64,000 nt of DNA from Phoronis australis (Eukaryota > Animalia > Phoronida): assembly GCA_002633005.1 (NCBI GenBank), contig NMRA01000221.1:312290-376289 (forward strand), read 5' to 3'. Every line of letters starts with the position of its first letter. Position 1 is the first letter of the stretch. A program made the translations under genes and the position numbers. The notes beneath the pieces were generated by a model that was given only the letters and a program-made list of their open reading frames with translations, was not told where the DNA came from and searched no databases. Below are positions 1 through 13,457 of the stretch, one piece after another.

Positions 1-2600
1 AATCAAAAACAAGACAAAAATGACCATGTGATTGAATTCCACTGCTCATTTGCAAAAATGGGCGGTACGGTAAAATCTAACCAATTTCTGACACTATGTG
101 ACATAAAAGTGAAATTCTATCTTTTTGAAAAAAAAATAATTAGCACCTCAAAATGGTACGCCATAACTAACTAGAAGTTGTGGGTATTCACAGCATTAGA
201 AACGTTAACAATTATTTTTGTCTAAAAATGGTGAGCCGTTTGTGTACAGCTTGAGAAGGATGCTACTTGAGCTACATTGAGACAAGCCTCTGCCTTTGTA
301 CAAAAGTAAAGAAATCCACAATTTTCCAATTAGGAAAACTGAAAATTAACTACCGTTGCTAACAGCAATATTCTGGATATTCCGCACAAATATAATTGCC
401 AAATTTGTCATTTTTTTCATTTTTCAAAGATTGATTACTTTACTATAAATAGTGGAAACTTACAAAACCGTTGTTTTACAGTACTTAGATAGTACAAACC
501 TAGCCAGTTATAGACTAAATTCTCTTGATCTTTATTTTTGTGAAGAAATTTGACAAACGAGAAATTCAAATGTTCTCCACATGCCCAAATTGTGGGCTAA
601 AGCAGTTCTTTGCTCAAGGTCGGAGCTTGAACCAAACTTTACAAATATGCAATACTGACCGTCGCAAATTCAAGAATTACAACAAGCCAGTAAAATCAAC
701 CATACCCAAAATTCTAGAATTAATTTGGTATGTAAATAGCCAAACAATCGTGAACTGTAAACAGGTGGAGTGCACTTTGAGAACACCAACAAATTGACCA
801 GCCACATACACTGGTGGTTGCTATAGTTTTAAACGTCTCATAGCAACCAAGTCTTAATTAAACCTATGCTGAAACATCATAAAACAATGTTTTTAATTCC
901 TAACATCATAAGACAATGTTTTTAATTCCTAAAACAATCAACTTAACAATCTTTCTGCTGAAAAGCCATTTATTTTCCAAGCAAGACAACATGCTGGACA
1001 ATATTGACAATATGTGGCAATATTGCACTGCTTGGTGCCACTGTTTACTTTATCTCAAGACAGCAAACCTGAAACTGGCAATGAAAATAATCCTATTAAT
1101 CATGAAATGATGCTCTTGTCTTTTAGCAGAGCAGTTTCCAGTCCCCAAGAGCTTGTCAAGCCCTAGTCTGTTTCTGGGCACACCAGAGGTATACAGGAGT
1201 CATCTGCCACTCACATGTTGCTGCCAATGTATAAGGTGTACTGTAGTGATTCAAGTGTGGGAGGTTCCTTGAGCAGACCTGACCTGCCAATGGGAGGGCG
1301 AGTTGCACTCGTTGCCCTAACCCCTTGGATATGATCATGTCTTCCACCTGCACAATAATTCAATTTCTACACAATATTTTTGTGCGCATCAAGTGAATGG
1401 GCTCGTGTGAGCCAAAAAGGTAACAAAATGCATTATTTTGCTTAATTTGTGACCATTTGGATAACGGTTAGAGAGAATCAGAACCAAGTACCATTATCAA
1501 TTAAAGGTGACAGGCATTTATGGTTTGGTTCATTTTCGACTGAAAGATCCAACATTTTTTAATTGATAAAAAGCATTGAGGAACATCAGAATGGCAAATC
1601 ATTGACTGGGGAGCAGCGAGACCGGGCATCTTGAGAATACGAGGGTGTACCCTCTTTCACCCCTAGAGCTAATTCAACGACTCAGGCCTACGGGTAAAAC
1701 TCATAGACACTGTAATGTGGCAGCCAAGAGTATCACAGTACAAATCAGGATGCCATTTAAACTGCATACTTAGTTACTTGAATGCACGTGTCGCTTAGAG
1801 CCTTGATTCAACCTTCGTGTCAGCAGCTAGCCTTGCAACAAATTCGTTGACCACGAAACCACGAGAGGGCGCACCTACAAACTTTTTATGGAGGAAATTG
1901 GGTAGCACGGCTTTGGTTTGCATTGAAAAGAATATGATTATGTTTCACTGCTGATGGCTTTATTTCAAGGAGAAAGCGCGTCGAGTAAGCAAACAAACAA
2001 AACAATCATTCACGACGATGTTAAACACTATGGTGATGCATGAAGATGCTGCATTGAGGACTATTTAAGACGATGTTATGAACTTCCTAATCCATTCACA
2101 AACTGAATAGTCCTAAGTGCTCAGTTTGAGTGCAGAGTAAGCCAAAGTTTAAAATAACATTAAACCTACCAAAACCACCAAGAAAATATCACTCACTTTG
2201 TCTAAAAACAACCACAGGTGAAAACGAACTTACCTGCCAGGTAAAGAACACTAATTAGAAGAAGCCCAAACCTAATGTAGAAGTGCACGTCAACAGTCCA
2301 ACAGCAGCAGTGACACATCTGCAATTCTGCATTCCCCGTTTTGAAGCGCAAAATATTTGGTGCTTTCAACTATTGACCGTTGATGAGCAAAGGTACATAA
2401 TCCAGTCCCTCACCTGACGTAGGTTGTGGGAAATCTGATCCCAAGCATGATTAGTTTAAGGGGCTGGTTGAAAATTACCCGAGGAGCTAAATTTAATTCC
2501 TGGTCATACCAAGGATCCACTTACTAGAAAAGTCAGGGAGTAGTAGCTAAAAACAGTAGCTGGACTGTATTTATAGAAGTCAAGCAAAAATTGCATTTAC

Positions 2601-4898
2601 CTCCATGAAGTTTGGAATCATCATAGTCTTTGGCATGATTTGCAATGATAGAAACTGATAGAAAACGAAACAAGGATATTATAAAAATAAATGATCAAAT
2701 ATTCTCAGAATTGGAAACTGGGAGCAAAGCTGGGGACCTTTTCATACATTGAAAATAAATTTCTTTCCAAAACAAAATGAAAAGTGAAACTGACATGAAT
2801 TTAGAGTTGAAAATTGAATATTTTAATCACTATGACTATAAACATTACTGTTACATTAGTGTAATCCAACTTCGTAATTGGTCATAAATTTAAAGGCATG
2901 ATTGACATTTTATATTGGAATGGATGGAGTCAAATAGTACATAGTTCATAGGATGGTCTCACAGGCAAGAGGGTTGGTAGGGTGGGTAGGGTTGGTAGGG
3001 TGGGTTATTTGCACATAACATGTACCCCCTCGTATGACAGTCATCACTCACAGTCCAGTTGTCACTAACCAAGGTTTCGTTGTGCGAACCACAAATTGGA
3101 AGTAGAAACGGGAAGACACAACAAAATAGGTTAGTGTAATAGAATTTGCATTTTCTGTAATATGAACAATGTTGGAGACGAACTACACTTTGTGTTGGTG
3201 TGTAATGCTTACGCAGACCTTCGTCAGCAATATATGAATGTTAATTTTGAAAACCATAACCCTGCCCTAAACTTCTGAAAGATTATGAAGACTCCTGATG
3301 CAACCATTTAGCCAAAGTGCATCAAGAAAAATTGTTCAACTTGATGTAAACTGTGCTTGTATATGTGCCACAAATGCAATAAAGTATGGTATATATAACC
3401 CATGACTGAGTACTTGATTGACTCATGGATTCTACCAATTCAACTGACTGAGACATCTGACTTTTTTAATGACGACTTCTGGCTAGCAGACCAATCAGAC
3501 ATCTTAGCCAGATGACCACATGGAACCGGTAAAGTCAATCAACTGCCGCCATTGCCTCATTTCTCCATTTCTCATTTCTCACCATGTTTAACCTGACCAC
3601 TCCATTCAAGGTAGAGACTAGGGTCTACTGATTACTATTTCAAATGCCATCACAGCAAATACTTGTGTACACATGGACCACATTTATCACTCAGTCTGGA
3701 CTGAAAGGTCTGTGATCTGCCAGTCAATGAGGTGGCTTGTGGACATACCAATTCGTTCTGAATTCAGGAAACTTGTACCAAACACTTACCTGTGAACCAG
3801 TTTTAGTCGGCATTTTGAAGAGGCCAGTTACAGACAGTCTTGTACTGGATGACTTTTCAAGTTGATGTGAAACTATTGCCCTAAACAATGGCTTTGTAAA
3901 AGACAGCATGTACTGTGAACCAGTTCACCAGACCAGCTGACCTTCTGGGGCTCCCGATGGGTCAGTCACACACGCTGGCTAGTCCAGCTCAGCAAAGCCA
4001 ATCTGAATCATCTCAAGAAAATTACTAATAGATTCTGAACATTACGCACTACACTTTAACATTTGCGGTCTGGCAACGTGATTAAATCTGAGAAATTACT
4101 ACGACTTTCTAATACAATGAACAACATTCATAACACACCTCTGATAATAACCTATAGGTAATTGACCCAACGTGCGACCTCCATTGAAGAACCTATTGGC
4201 AACGTGGTCAATAAATTAACGGTAGATCTTCATATATGGAATCTTTTACTCACAGAATTGATTAAAAAGAAAAAATAATTAAAAATTGACAATACAGCCC
4301 TGGGATGTTCACACACTAACGATTTTTCAAATAACATGGTATTATACAACTGTGCGAGAGAAATCATTATTTAGAGTCTAACAACATGTCGCACAGTTGG
4401 ATGTGTAAACAGTATTGGAGGGTGTATACAGACTCTTGGGCCACAACTGTGATAATGAATCTCATAATTAACCATATGTTATTTCACAAAATGTCACTAC
4501 ATCTATTTTTAATGTTTGTTATGAAAAATACAACGTACAATAAGAGTTAAGCACAGAAAGCGCCAGAACGCAATTGAGGGTATGAGGGAACATAAACAAA
4601 CTATTAGCTGAATCTCCTATCTCCAGAAAAACAAACAAACATCACCCAGTAGGCAGTAATGATTAGCGACCATCCAAGGGAAAATGAGTGTTACAGCTGC
4701 AGGTAAACAAACATGAGTGTGTGTGTTTGTGTGTATGTGTGTGTGTATGTGGAACCCCCACTTAACTCACCTCAAATGACCTCTGTCTGGACAAGAGGTC
4801 ATCCAATACAGTCTGATTCTTCAAAAGGGATAACAAACTGGCTTGTAGGCCTACCAGTATATACTGAGCTAAAATATCCAGACAGCTGGCTTTACTAT
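2601..4898 (-). CDS. Three consecutive stop-free exons 4898-4771, 3912-3790, 2654-2601, joining in phase to a further exon at 1347
   Basis: Donors GAG|GTGAGT, CAG|GTAAGT and GAG|GTAAAT with cag acceptors. Phases chain correctly into SKASCLDILAQYILVGLQASLLSLLKNQTVLDDLLSRQRSFE-YMLSFTKPLFR...TGSQ-FLSLQIMPKTMMIPNFME-VEDMIISKG. Confidence 0.55.
3065..3395 (+). mobile_element. 5'-truncated, degenerate non-LTR retrotransposon (LINE) 3' end
   Basis: From 3075 translates FRCANHKLEVETGRHNKIG*CNRICIFCNMNNVGDELHFVLVCNAYADLRQQY, the HxLxxETGR...CxxC...DExHFxLxC zinc knuckle found C-terminal of LINE RT; AATAAA near 3378. Confidence 0.8.
4717..4751. repeat. Imperfect (TG)n microsatellite
   Basis: gtgtgtgtgtttgtgtgtatgtgtgtgtgtatgtg. 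Confidence 0.85.
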
Positions 4899-6712
4899 CT
4901 GTGAGGAACACAATCAGACATCAACAATATGGGCAAAGTTTGAACTACAGTTGACATGCTGATACAGTACTAGAGGTTTTTAATTTTCAGCACAAGCAGC
5001 TGAAACAGTTTCTTGTTCTTACTGGAATATTAAGTCGTGGCTTCCAGTTGTCCATAAAACAATAGCTCAATTTTAACACTGACTGAGAGGACTTCATATT
5101 TATCTTTTCTAAAATACCCAATTATAAACAATTGGAAAACAGGGCAATAAACCTAAAACATCAATCCCCAAGACCAACAAAAAGATTTTAGATGTCTATT
5201 GATGAAGACCACAGTTAAGAACTAGAGACATTACGTCTCCACTAGTCAGCAAATTGCCCATTATTCTTGAAAGTTTTCATTCTAATTTTGTGTGAACTCG
5301 ATATATGTATTTAAATACATATTTACTTAACTGTCTTAGAAAAGTGACTCATCACAGCCTAGTCAATCCATTTATACTTATCCAAAGAATTAACTTTAAA
5401 GCCTTCCCACTGGCTCCGAAGCTTAGGTATTTAGCGAAGTTTTGGCCAATGGGAAATCTCAACTTCAGCCTTGGATCCAGTACATAGTTGAATTTGTTGG
5501 TAGCAAAGCATCGGCGCTTCCGTACAATGCGAACACTTAACCTCGATGTCACTAAAGTTATCTGCAGGGGTCACTGTGTTTGGCAACAGCGAGCGGTGAC
5601 TGGTTAATATTTGTTTATTTGTTCTAACATTTATTAATTTGGCAGTTTTAGCATTTTGTTTTAATTTATCCGTGTATTTACTAGATTTTCTACGTTAACA
5701 AAAAAGACAGCACCTTCGCAAAACGAGTTCCCACATCACTGCCTTCGTTCGGATCAGTCTATAATAAGCGCCACCTAGCGATAACTCCACTGAATTAGTT
5801 GTCTGAATAACTGAGAAGCTGACAAGAAGGGTAACACTTTATCTCTATGGTTAACTAGTTAACATTGAAGCTTCAATAGTAGCTAATAGTGGAGTTACAT
5901 GGGGGGGCTTTTAACAGTTGACATGAATACCTCCAACTAACTGATTATACCCTAACTGCTCTAATACCTAACCACACAATGTCAGGAAAACCACACAAAG
6001 AGTATCTGCAGATTAAAGGAAAGGCCACAGTTCAAGGAACTCCATATGTCTGATAAGGCCCAATCACAAAGAAATCCTCAAATATCAGAAAATTAACAAA
6101 CCATGGCATGTCCCTGAAGGTAGACACTGAAGAAGAATGAATGTATCACCGGCTATATAACGTCAACCATTTCTCCCAATAAATGTTAATCAAGACAAAA
6201 TTCTAAGTCAATGAATGAAGGCAGGGTTCTATAACATGAAGATCTGTATCATGAATGTTGGCTCCATAGTCCTATTTTCATAAAGCACGACTAAATTGGT
6301 CTACAGTTGAAACTCATTGTGAAGTTTTTCAGCTTAGATCAGGTGAATCAAGCTACGGAGTTGCCGCAAAATCTAAATTCGTACAACGCCAAGATGATCC
6401 AGGTCGCTGCTAATGGTGGAGATGTTATAAGTATTGTAAAATCTCCCCAATGTCGGACAAAAATAATTTCCAAAATTGGCTTTTTTAATTTTTCAAGCTA
6501 TTCTAAGATTATAGCGGAAGGCAACATCCACCCTTTTTAAAACATTGCCTGATGGTAGCTATAGAATTTGAAAACGTTAAAATACAAGGCTTGGAATGAC
6601 CAATGACAAAAAAGAGGAAAATTTTCCAGGTGATGTGAAATAAACGCTATTACATGAATAAAGTCAAAATAACGATACAAAAGAGATGGAAAGAAGACTT
6701 AACTGGAAATCA

Positions 6713-7860
6713 AACTAGAAAGATTATTGTCACGGCGTGACAATAACTGACTCTGCGCCTGCGTATTTCTGGGATTATTATGGGAAGTTACTTACAGCAA
6801 CCATTTTACCAATATGAAAAGGAATTCTTTAAAATTGTAGGAGAAATTACACATTTATTTTTTGATGACCTTTCCACAAATTGACCTCTTCCGGTGCATT
6901 ATGAGCGCCGATGAGGGAGTAAATGTTAACTCGATTAAAAATCACAAATGTTGTACTTTAAGCACTTCAGAATACAAGATGAATGAATTGGTCAAACTTT
7001 CAGAAGAAAAATGCACCTAATTACCCCATAGGTGCACCAAATGACCTGGAAATTTAGAATTCAAACTCAATCGCACTTAGTAAACAAATATGTAATTTTG
7101 AAGTCTCTAGCTCAAAATTTTAGTTTGCACTCAATGACCTTTGACCTATTTTTTCTGATTGGTTAGGCCTATTGCAAAGTAAAGTAGGGTATTCAATTGG
7201 CATGTTGACTTACACAAGTGTGCTGAAATTGAAAAGAATTCCTTGAAAAACGTAAGAGATATAACATTTTGAACGTTACATGACCTTTGCACTAATTGAC
7301 CCTATCCGGTGCATTATAAGCATCTTTAGGAGAATTAATGCAAAGCCCATGAAAAATATGTTTAATGCCGAGAATCACAGTTGTCTGACGGTTGACACAT
7401 CAGAATACTTGCTGAATGGTCAAATTTTCAGAAGAATGACCCCATGTTTGCACTAAATGACTTGAAACTTTGGATTCTGAATTGAATTTCCTGTGCCAAT
7501 CACACCTGTCAATTTGAAATGTCTAGCTCAAAAATTTAGTTTGCACCTAATGACCTTTGACCTATTTCACCTAATTGGATGACCCAATTACTTAGAAAAG
7601 TAATTTTTTAAATTGTCGACTTATACCTGTGCACCGAATTTGAAAAAAATAGCTTTAAAACTGAAGGAGTAGCATTTTGAAAATTATATGACCTTTGCAC
7701 TAAACGACCCGTTCCAGTGCAATATGGAATATGATTATATAACCAATCAAAATTTATATACTGTCAAAAGTCATATGCTGAATTTAAAGACCGTACCTGC
7801 ACCCAATTTGGAGTTATTAAGCCTCAAAGTTGGCGCTTACACGCGCAGAGTAATAAGAGT
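6713..7860. mobile_element. Non-autonomous Helentron/HINE-like element with internal ~415-bp tandem units
   Basis: AACTAG start, terminal hairpin ttattgtcacg-g-cgtgacaataa (6724-6746), and a diverged unit (atgacctttgcac...ccggtgcattat) recurring near 6866, 7280 and 7688. The right boundary is approximate. Confidence 0.55.
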
Positions 7861-7984
7861 AAATGGAAACCAAAAAAGAGGAAATCCTCTTAAAAGAAGA
7901 AAATTCCAAATGTGATTGTCGGTTGTCTTCCAGATTTTGCATGCAACCCCATCGGTCGTTAGTTTCACGAGGTGACAAGAACTT

Positions 7985-8085
7985 CCCCGACTGTGTGAAA
8001 TTTCAGGGTCTAACCGAGCTCAATACACAGCGGTACCTAGCTGTATTTTGACGATAGTCTTCATACAGCTAGCTAGCTGTCTACG
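7985..8085 (+). repeat. Fragment of a dispersed repeat also present at ~48165-48255 and ~49597-49685
   Basis: Shared string tacctagctgtattttgacgatagtcttcatacagc and similar flanks. Confidence 0.8.
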
Positions 8086-10037
8086 CCCCAGGATGCACCA
8101 GTGTCACAAGGAAGAAAAACAAAAAGGTTGTCTGTATGCACAGATTGATCTGCTGACTGAAATATGTACTCATACGGCCAATGACCTATACTTTGTGATG
8201 TGAAGCTTCAGTGACATCACAAAAAAACAGCGCTCGCAGTGGGGCTTTAGGGAACTAATAACCTTTTATTTTTCAAAGTAAAATAGAAAAATACTGTGCA
8301 CTACGTATTTCAGAAGATGTGAATGTCAGAAACCAACCATTATACTTTCAAAATTCATAATGCTGAAACATGTAGTTCAGTTCTCTTTTAACTTTGGCAT
8401 TAACCACAGTTAACATCGAAGTTTCAATTGTAGTGAAGGTAACTATATAGGAAAGGGCCTTTTTAGAGTGTTGAATTATAACACTATGTACACCTACAAT
8501 GGCCACTACCCAATAAATACCCTAGTTTGTGATATTCTGATTAAAACTCTGAGACGGCCATGCCAATCGTGTCAAAATTTTGCGTGGCTCTAAATCTCAG
8601 TCCCGTGGTGGATTTACTTCAATATTCAGCGTCTATGTTTTCTTCATAATCGCTTCCATTTCATCATCTCCACATAAAAAAGTCTGTGTTGTTACCAAGA
8701 CAACGCGAGACCCAAGCTTAGACACCTCAGTGATCTCACGGATTAATACACTCTTCAGTTAAAAGGATACCAAAACCACTTTTGATTCAAGCAAAAATCA
8801 CAACAAATCAAAATTTTTATTAGTATCTGTACAGTGTTAGTAAAGGCACGTTTTTCTGTTAGTAAGGGGACACTTGAGGTCAAACCTTTGTAAATGTCAT
8901 GGAGGAGTTAAACAAACAATGCTATTTTAAATCTAATATTTGTGTTCTTTTGAGACCTGATGACAGATTTACTGGCAAGTTATCAAAATAATACAAGGCT
9001 ATAAGTTAGAGGACAGTATACAATAAGTCCAGTAACCTAACTGAGTCTGGTTAGCCTTATGCACTCATGTCGTGCATGCAAGAGTTCTTGTAGTCCACAG
9101 TTTTCCATTTTCCTGTCATAGCACATCATGACAGTGACGTTGATGCTTAAAGCACGCAATACTTGTACACTCAATGTCTGGCACTTAATATGACCATAGT
9201 CCACCCACCAGCAGTCTTGAGGACTACGTGAAAACACCACCAATATCTTTGTAGATCCATTACTAGCTTCTAAAGTGCAAACCTCAAACTGATTTCCTTG
9301 TGCAGCAATACTTAGACAGAAGTGCACAGTGAAGGACTTTCCTAGTCACTTGAAATTCGACAATGAAGCATAAAATTACTTACATCAACACCTGTTTTTG
9401 AAGTTTTCATCATCTCATAGAACCTTTTTTTTGCCTTTCTTTGTACGTCATAGGCACGTTGACGACTAGACAGCAACTTAATTAGCACTAGCTGATGTCA
9501 AACCAACTGTGTATTATAGACCATAAAGCCAGCAAAGAAAGTAGGTGTCATTCTCTGTGTACCTCTTCAAGAGTCGTTTATTGATGAGTTCAATATTTCA
9601 AAATGAATTCATGCTTATTACGGCTATAGAATGAAATAGCTCAGCTAAACTCCCGTTACCTAATCTTTACAACTCAGCAAGAGAAAGTTTTTCACACTGC
9701 CACATGTCATAATCTTAAATAACATTGTCTCCAACCATCTCTCAGCTAGTCATGTGACCATTTTGTCAGAAACTGATTGGCTGACAGAGAGAATACGCTA
9801 CCTTACATACAAAAATGTCCCCTTGCTAACAAGGATACTTGGAGCTGTGAAATGATTAAGTCATAAATACTGTGTCTTAAAACAATTATTCAGCAACATT
9901 CCCTTCTGAAGTTTACAAAGATCGTCAATTTTTTATCAACCCAATTCGAAGCAAACATCTTTTTGACTCAAAAAATGAGTTCTGAATTAGAAAAAATAGA
10001 AAAAATTATTATTATTAACACCATACTTTCTACAGAC

Positions 10038-10247
10038 CTTTGGAATAACAAGATTTTCCCCCAACAGATCGATGAACTTCGATATCTATGCACATTTTCA
10101 GTACAAAAATTCCAATACGAAAAGATCATGCAGTCATACCTCCAGGTGCGAGTAGTATAAAAATGGGCAGTTGCCGATTTGGGCAACTGAACGAAAGACT
10201 GTCTGTATTTGTTCGAACAGGAAGGAATTAAGAACATCAACCGCTCC
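10038..10247 (-). CDS. Two stop-free internal exons (GAVDVLNSFLFEQIQTVFRSVAQIGNCPFLYYSHLE / ISKFIDLLGENLVIPK) split by a 54-nt intron
   Basis: ttag| acceptor at 10248, GAG|GTATGA donor at 10139, catag| acceptor at 10086, AAG|GT donor at 10037; both exons phase 0 and open. Confidence 0.45.
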
Positions 10248-11749
10248 CTAAGCAAAAGGTACTTAGAGTAACATGACTTTGATGGTTTAATCAGCGCAAA
10301 AAGCTACTACCAGTTGAGACAGCGGTACTGCCTTTTGTCCTAAATACTATGATCTGTGGTAAGATGGCGTTGTCAGCGATCATTTTGTACTAAACAAATA
10401 CAAAAAATACCATAACCTTAAAAATAAACCTTGTCCACATCTATTGAGGATGTGAAGTTGTGGCGAGGTCAGGCAAAAGTTGGTCAGAAATGAGGCGATC
10501 AAACACAAGTGGTTGTGTGAATCAAAGTAAAAGCGGTTCAACTAGACGCAGGTGTGCGTAATAACTTGTTGCAGCAGTGTCTGTGCCTCTGAGGTGGGGC
10601 AACATGCACCAGAACAACATGTCCCAGTTCAAGTGTCCATGTGAACAACAGCTATTTCAAGGCAGTATTATCAGATACATGCTTGCATAGCATAACTCAC
10701 ATACATCAGGGTTCTACATGAAGGGTGCTCAAATGCCTAACAACCAACTGCTATCAAAAGGGTTGTCTCCATATTCTGAGGGTTTTAGGAGGACTGTCTC
10801 AAGAGATTTAGAGCTTGTCTCCTATATTTTGGAAAATATTTGGTGAAATACGTCATTGCATAATGAACCTGGACACTGTAAAGGAAACATTTTCTTTAAT
10901 TCACATTATTAAACCCACAACACAAATGAGCTTCAGTTGTTATCAACAACGCTGGTTCAGCGTTTTATCTATGCTTTCCCTTTGCACTTAAGTGTTGGTC
11001 ACCTTCACCAGACAAAATAGATCCATTTGACAATGTAGGACAAAAGTGCAATTAGTGCATTATGAGAAGTATTTTTCATGCATTACATCACTAGAATGAA
11101 ATTATTAAAGGTTTACGCAACACTAATCAATTAAACATGAAACAAATCACTCAATATTGAGAGCCATTTGATTACAAAATCATTGTGTTTGACTTGTTAA
11201 TCAATAGTTTCCTGTCCTGCCTTTACCTTTTACAAGATGAGATTGAACAAAGCTTCAGTTTCCTGGCCCATTCCACCAGGAGGATTTTGTTTGAGGACTT
11301 TAACTGCACTTGGTGTGCTTCATAAAGGGCAATCAGCAGTAGACTTGAAATGAGCTAGTCTAGACACTTCTGGGTCAAGAAATATTGAATGGAGGAGTGC
11401 GTCTATAAGTCACAATTGGATGAATTTGAAAGTATTAAATCTGATTACCCAACTACGATGAACAGAAGCATGTACTGCTAAAAACAATGGTTGTTTAAAT
11501 CAAATTTAACAGGACTGAAGAGAATGCAGGTAAATATTTCTTGGTGGAAAAGAGGGTGGGAGGATTTGAAGAGGGCACAAAGTTGAGAGCTGTAAACAAA
11601 AAGTAAGGAGAAATACAGTACAGGTATATTGCGGCTCAAACCACAGGAGCTTATTTTGATCTGTGAGAACATATTATCGAGCGATCATATACCATGAATC
11701 TAAAGAAGGGAGTAGTGTGTATGCCATTAAATAGCAACATAGGTGTACA

Positions 11750-11870
11750 GGAAGTCAGATATAGATGGGCTGGAAGTCTGATATAGATGGGCTGGAAGTC
11801 TGATATAGATGGGCTGGAAGTCTGATATAGATGGGCTGGAAGTCTGATATATAGATGGGCTGGAAGTCTG
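11750..11870. repeat. 22-bp minisatellite, about 5.4 copies (GGAAGTCTGATATAGATGGGCT)
   Basis: Direct tandem copies; one has an extra TA and one a T>A change. Confidence 0.95.
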
Positions 11871-13457
11871 GTGAGCATGTCGAATGCTGAGATTGACTGT
11901 TGCTTGAATTTTGATCATGTTCATTCATTGTCGGACACCAGTGAAAGCTTAAGCAGTCGGTAATGATACCTGTCCTGTTGTGGTCAGATTGCCAAAGCTC
12001 GCTAGAGCAGCAGGTTTTCACTGGGGTTTGAAAATGGAGGTTTCATAAAAGTTGTGTGTCATAATCAGAGTGTAAGAATCATGACCATGACCAGGGACCG
12101 GTTGCGTTACGTTATACTCTTCGTAAAAATATACTCTGGATAGCAACAATTAACATCTCATTGAGAAGCGTCGTGTTGATATTGTTGTAAATCTTTGGAG
12201 TTGTCTCCCATGTGTATGTCAGCAAACATCCAATCAGAAGCTTGCACGTGAGCCAACCTCTAAAAACCAGCATCTGCTCTAACTTCTTGTTTAAGAGTTC
12301 AGCTCAACAAGTCCCTATCTTTTGATTCTCTTCTTTGGTGTTTGCTATTATATCCAGCTCAAATCCTCGGTTATCTACATTGGCGTCCAACAAATGCAAA
12401 ATCCACGAAAAACCCCTAAGCAGTAAATATTTGATCTGAGTGGTGGCTGGAGGGGTGCCAACGTGGTGGTTGTTTATTTAGAACAAAAGGAGAGTGTTGC
12501 TAAGGACAAATTCCATGACATGGGGTAGTGTTTCTCAAAGCAAATTTTAGGACTGTAGAGTTTGCCAAGATCTGCAGACAGGAGGCGTGCCTGTTCCATG
12601 TAAGGAGGAGTATTGTGACAAGTGACTTCTGGGTGTTACGTAGAGTTGTATAAAGCCTCTCTAAATCACTTGTCAAGCGGCAATTACTTCTTGGCTGAAC
12701 AGCTCTCAAGCAGGAAAATCCGGTTTCAGTGTCGGCAAAATTTTTCTACAATATGCTATTGTTGAAAAATACACTTGAAGAACTGTTATGCAACAATCAA
12801 CTTTTACAGCGTATATGTTTTGAAGTTTTATGCAACCCAGCCCTGGTGAATTTTGTGACCCATCATAATTGGTGGTGCAACTTTAGATGCCAGTCTATTG
12901 TGTACAGAAATTTCATGTCAATTGCAGTCCTAATACAAGGTTTTGACAAAAATTCACCAAACATCAGACTCGTCAAATACTGTCTCGCTACATTGCGCAA
13001 ACACATTCACACAGTCGTTGTCTGAGCATTGGAAGAGTGGCGTGCTCGTCTAGGAATTCCATGTTGGACAATCTCAAAGCTGCGAATCTTTTGGCTAATA
13101 TTAACCATGACTTGTCTCAGACGCAGTCCCAGACAACTTAGACAAGTCATAGTTCACTCTGCCCTGGGAGAGTGGGAGTCGAAAAAACAGGACACTTATC
13201 AATTCCCATTATCAATGACAGCAGATGAACTGCCCATTTATACAAAAAGTGATCGTGCAGACACTGCATGTTTCAACTCAAAAGGGCACAAAGCTTTTCC
13301 AGCATAACGTCATGTGCTTTGTTCACATAAGTTGTCGAAGAGACCGGTTTTCAACGTAGGCTTTAAGTTTGTGTTCGGACCGGCGTTCTATAATTATAGA
13401 GTGCACGTCATTAAATGCAAAATTTATATTCAGTATAGTTATTGTCACTGCACTCAC

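Noticed and set aside
2234-2318. Signal-peptide-like exon MCHCCCWTVDVHFYIRFGLLLISVLYLA with a good donor, splicing to 1347 in another frame
   Set aside because: Conflicts with the phase-0 exon chain and has no recognisable homology; cannot be excluded without RNA data
2971-3004. G-quadruplex-forming GGGT tract
   Set aside because: A simple 18-bp duplication with no evidence of function
5198-5245. Possible second hammerhead (TTGATGAAGACC...)
   Set aside because: Lacks the core C, a closing stem II and GAAA
11750-11870. CRISPR-like array (also considered for 51344-51512)
   Set aside because: Contiguous tandem units without unique spacers, no cas genes, eukaryotic context
11651-12021. Three overlapping - strand ORFs with repeated peptides
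   Set aside because: Translation of the 22-bp minisatellite
12304-12306. Selenocysteine TGA after Cys (GTC*) in a long otherwise open stretch
   Set aside because: The same frame has TAA and TAG stops on both sides and no SECIS was identified
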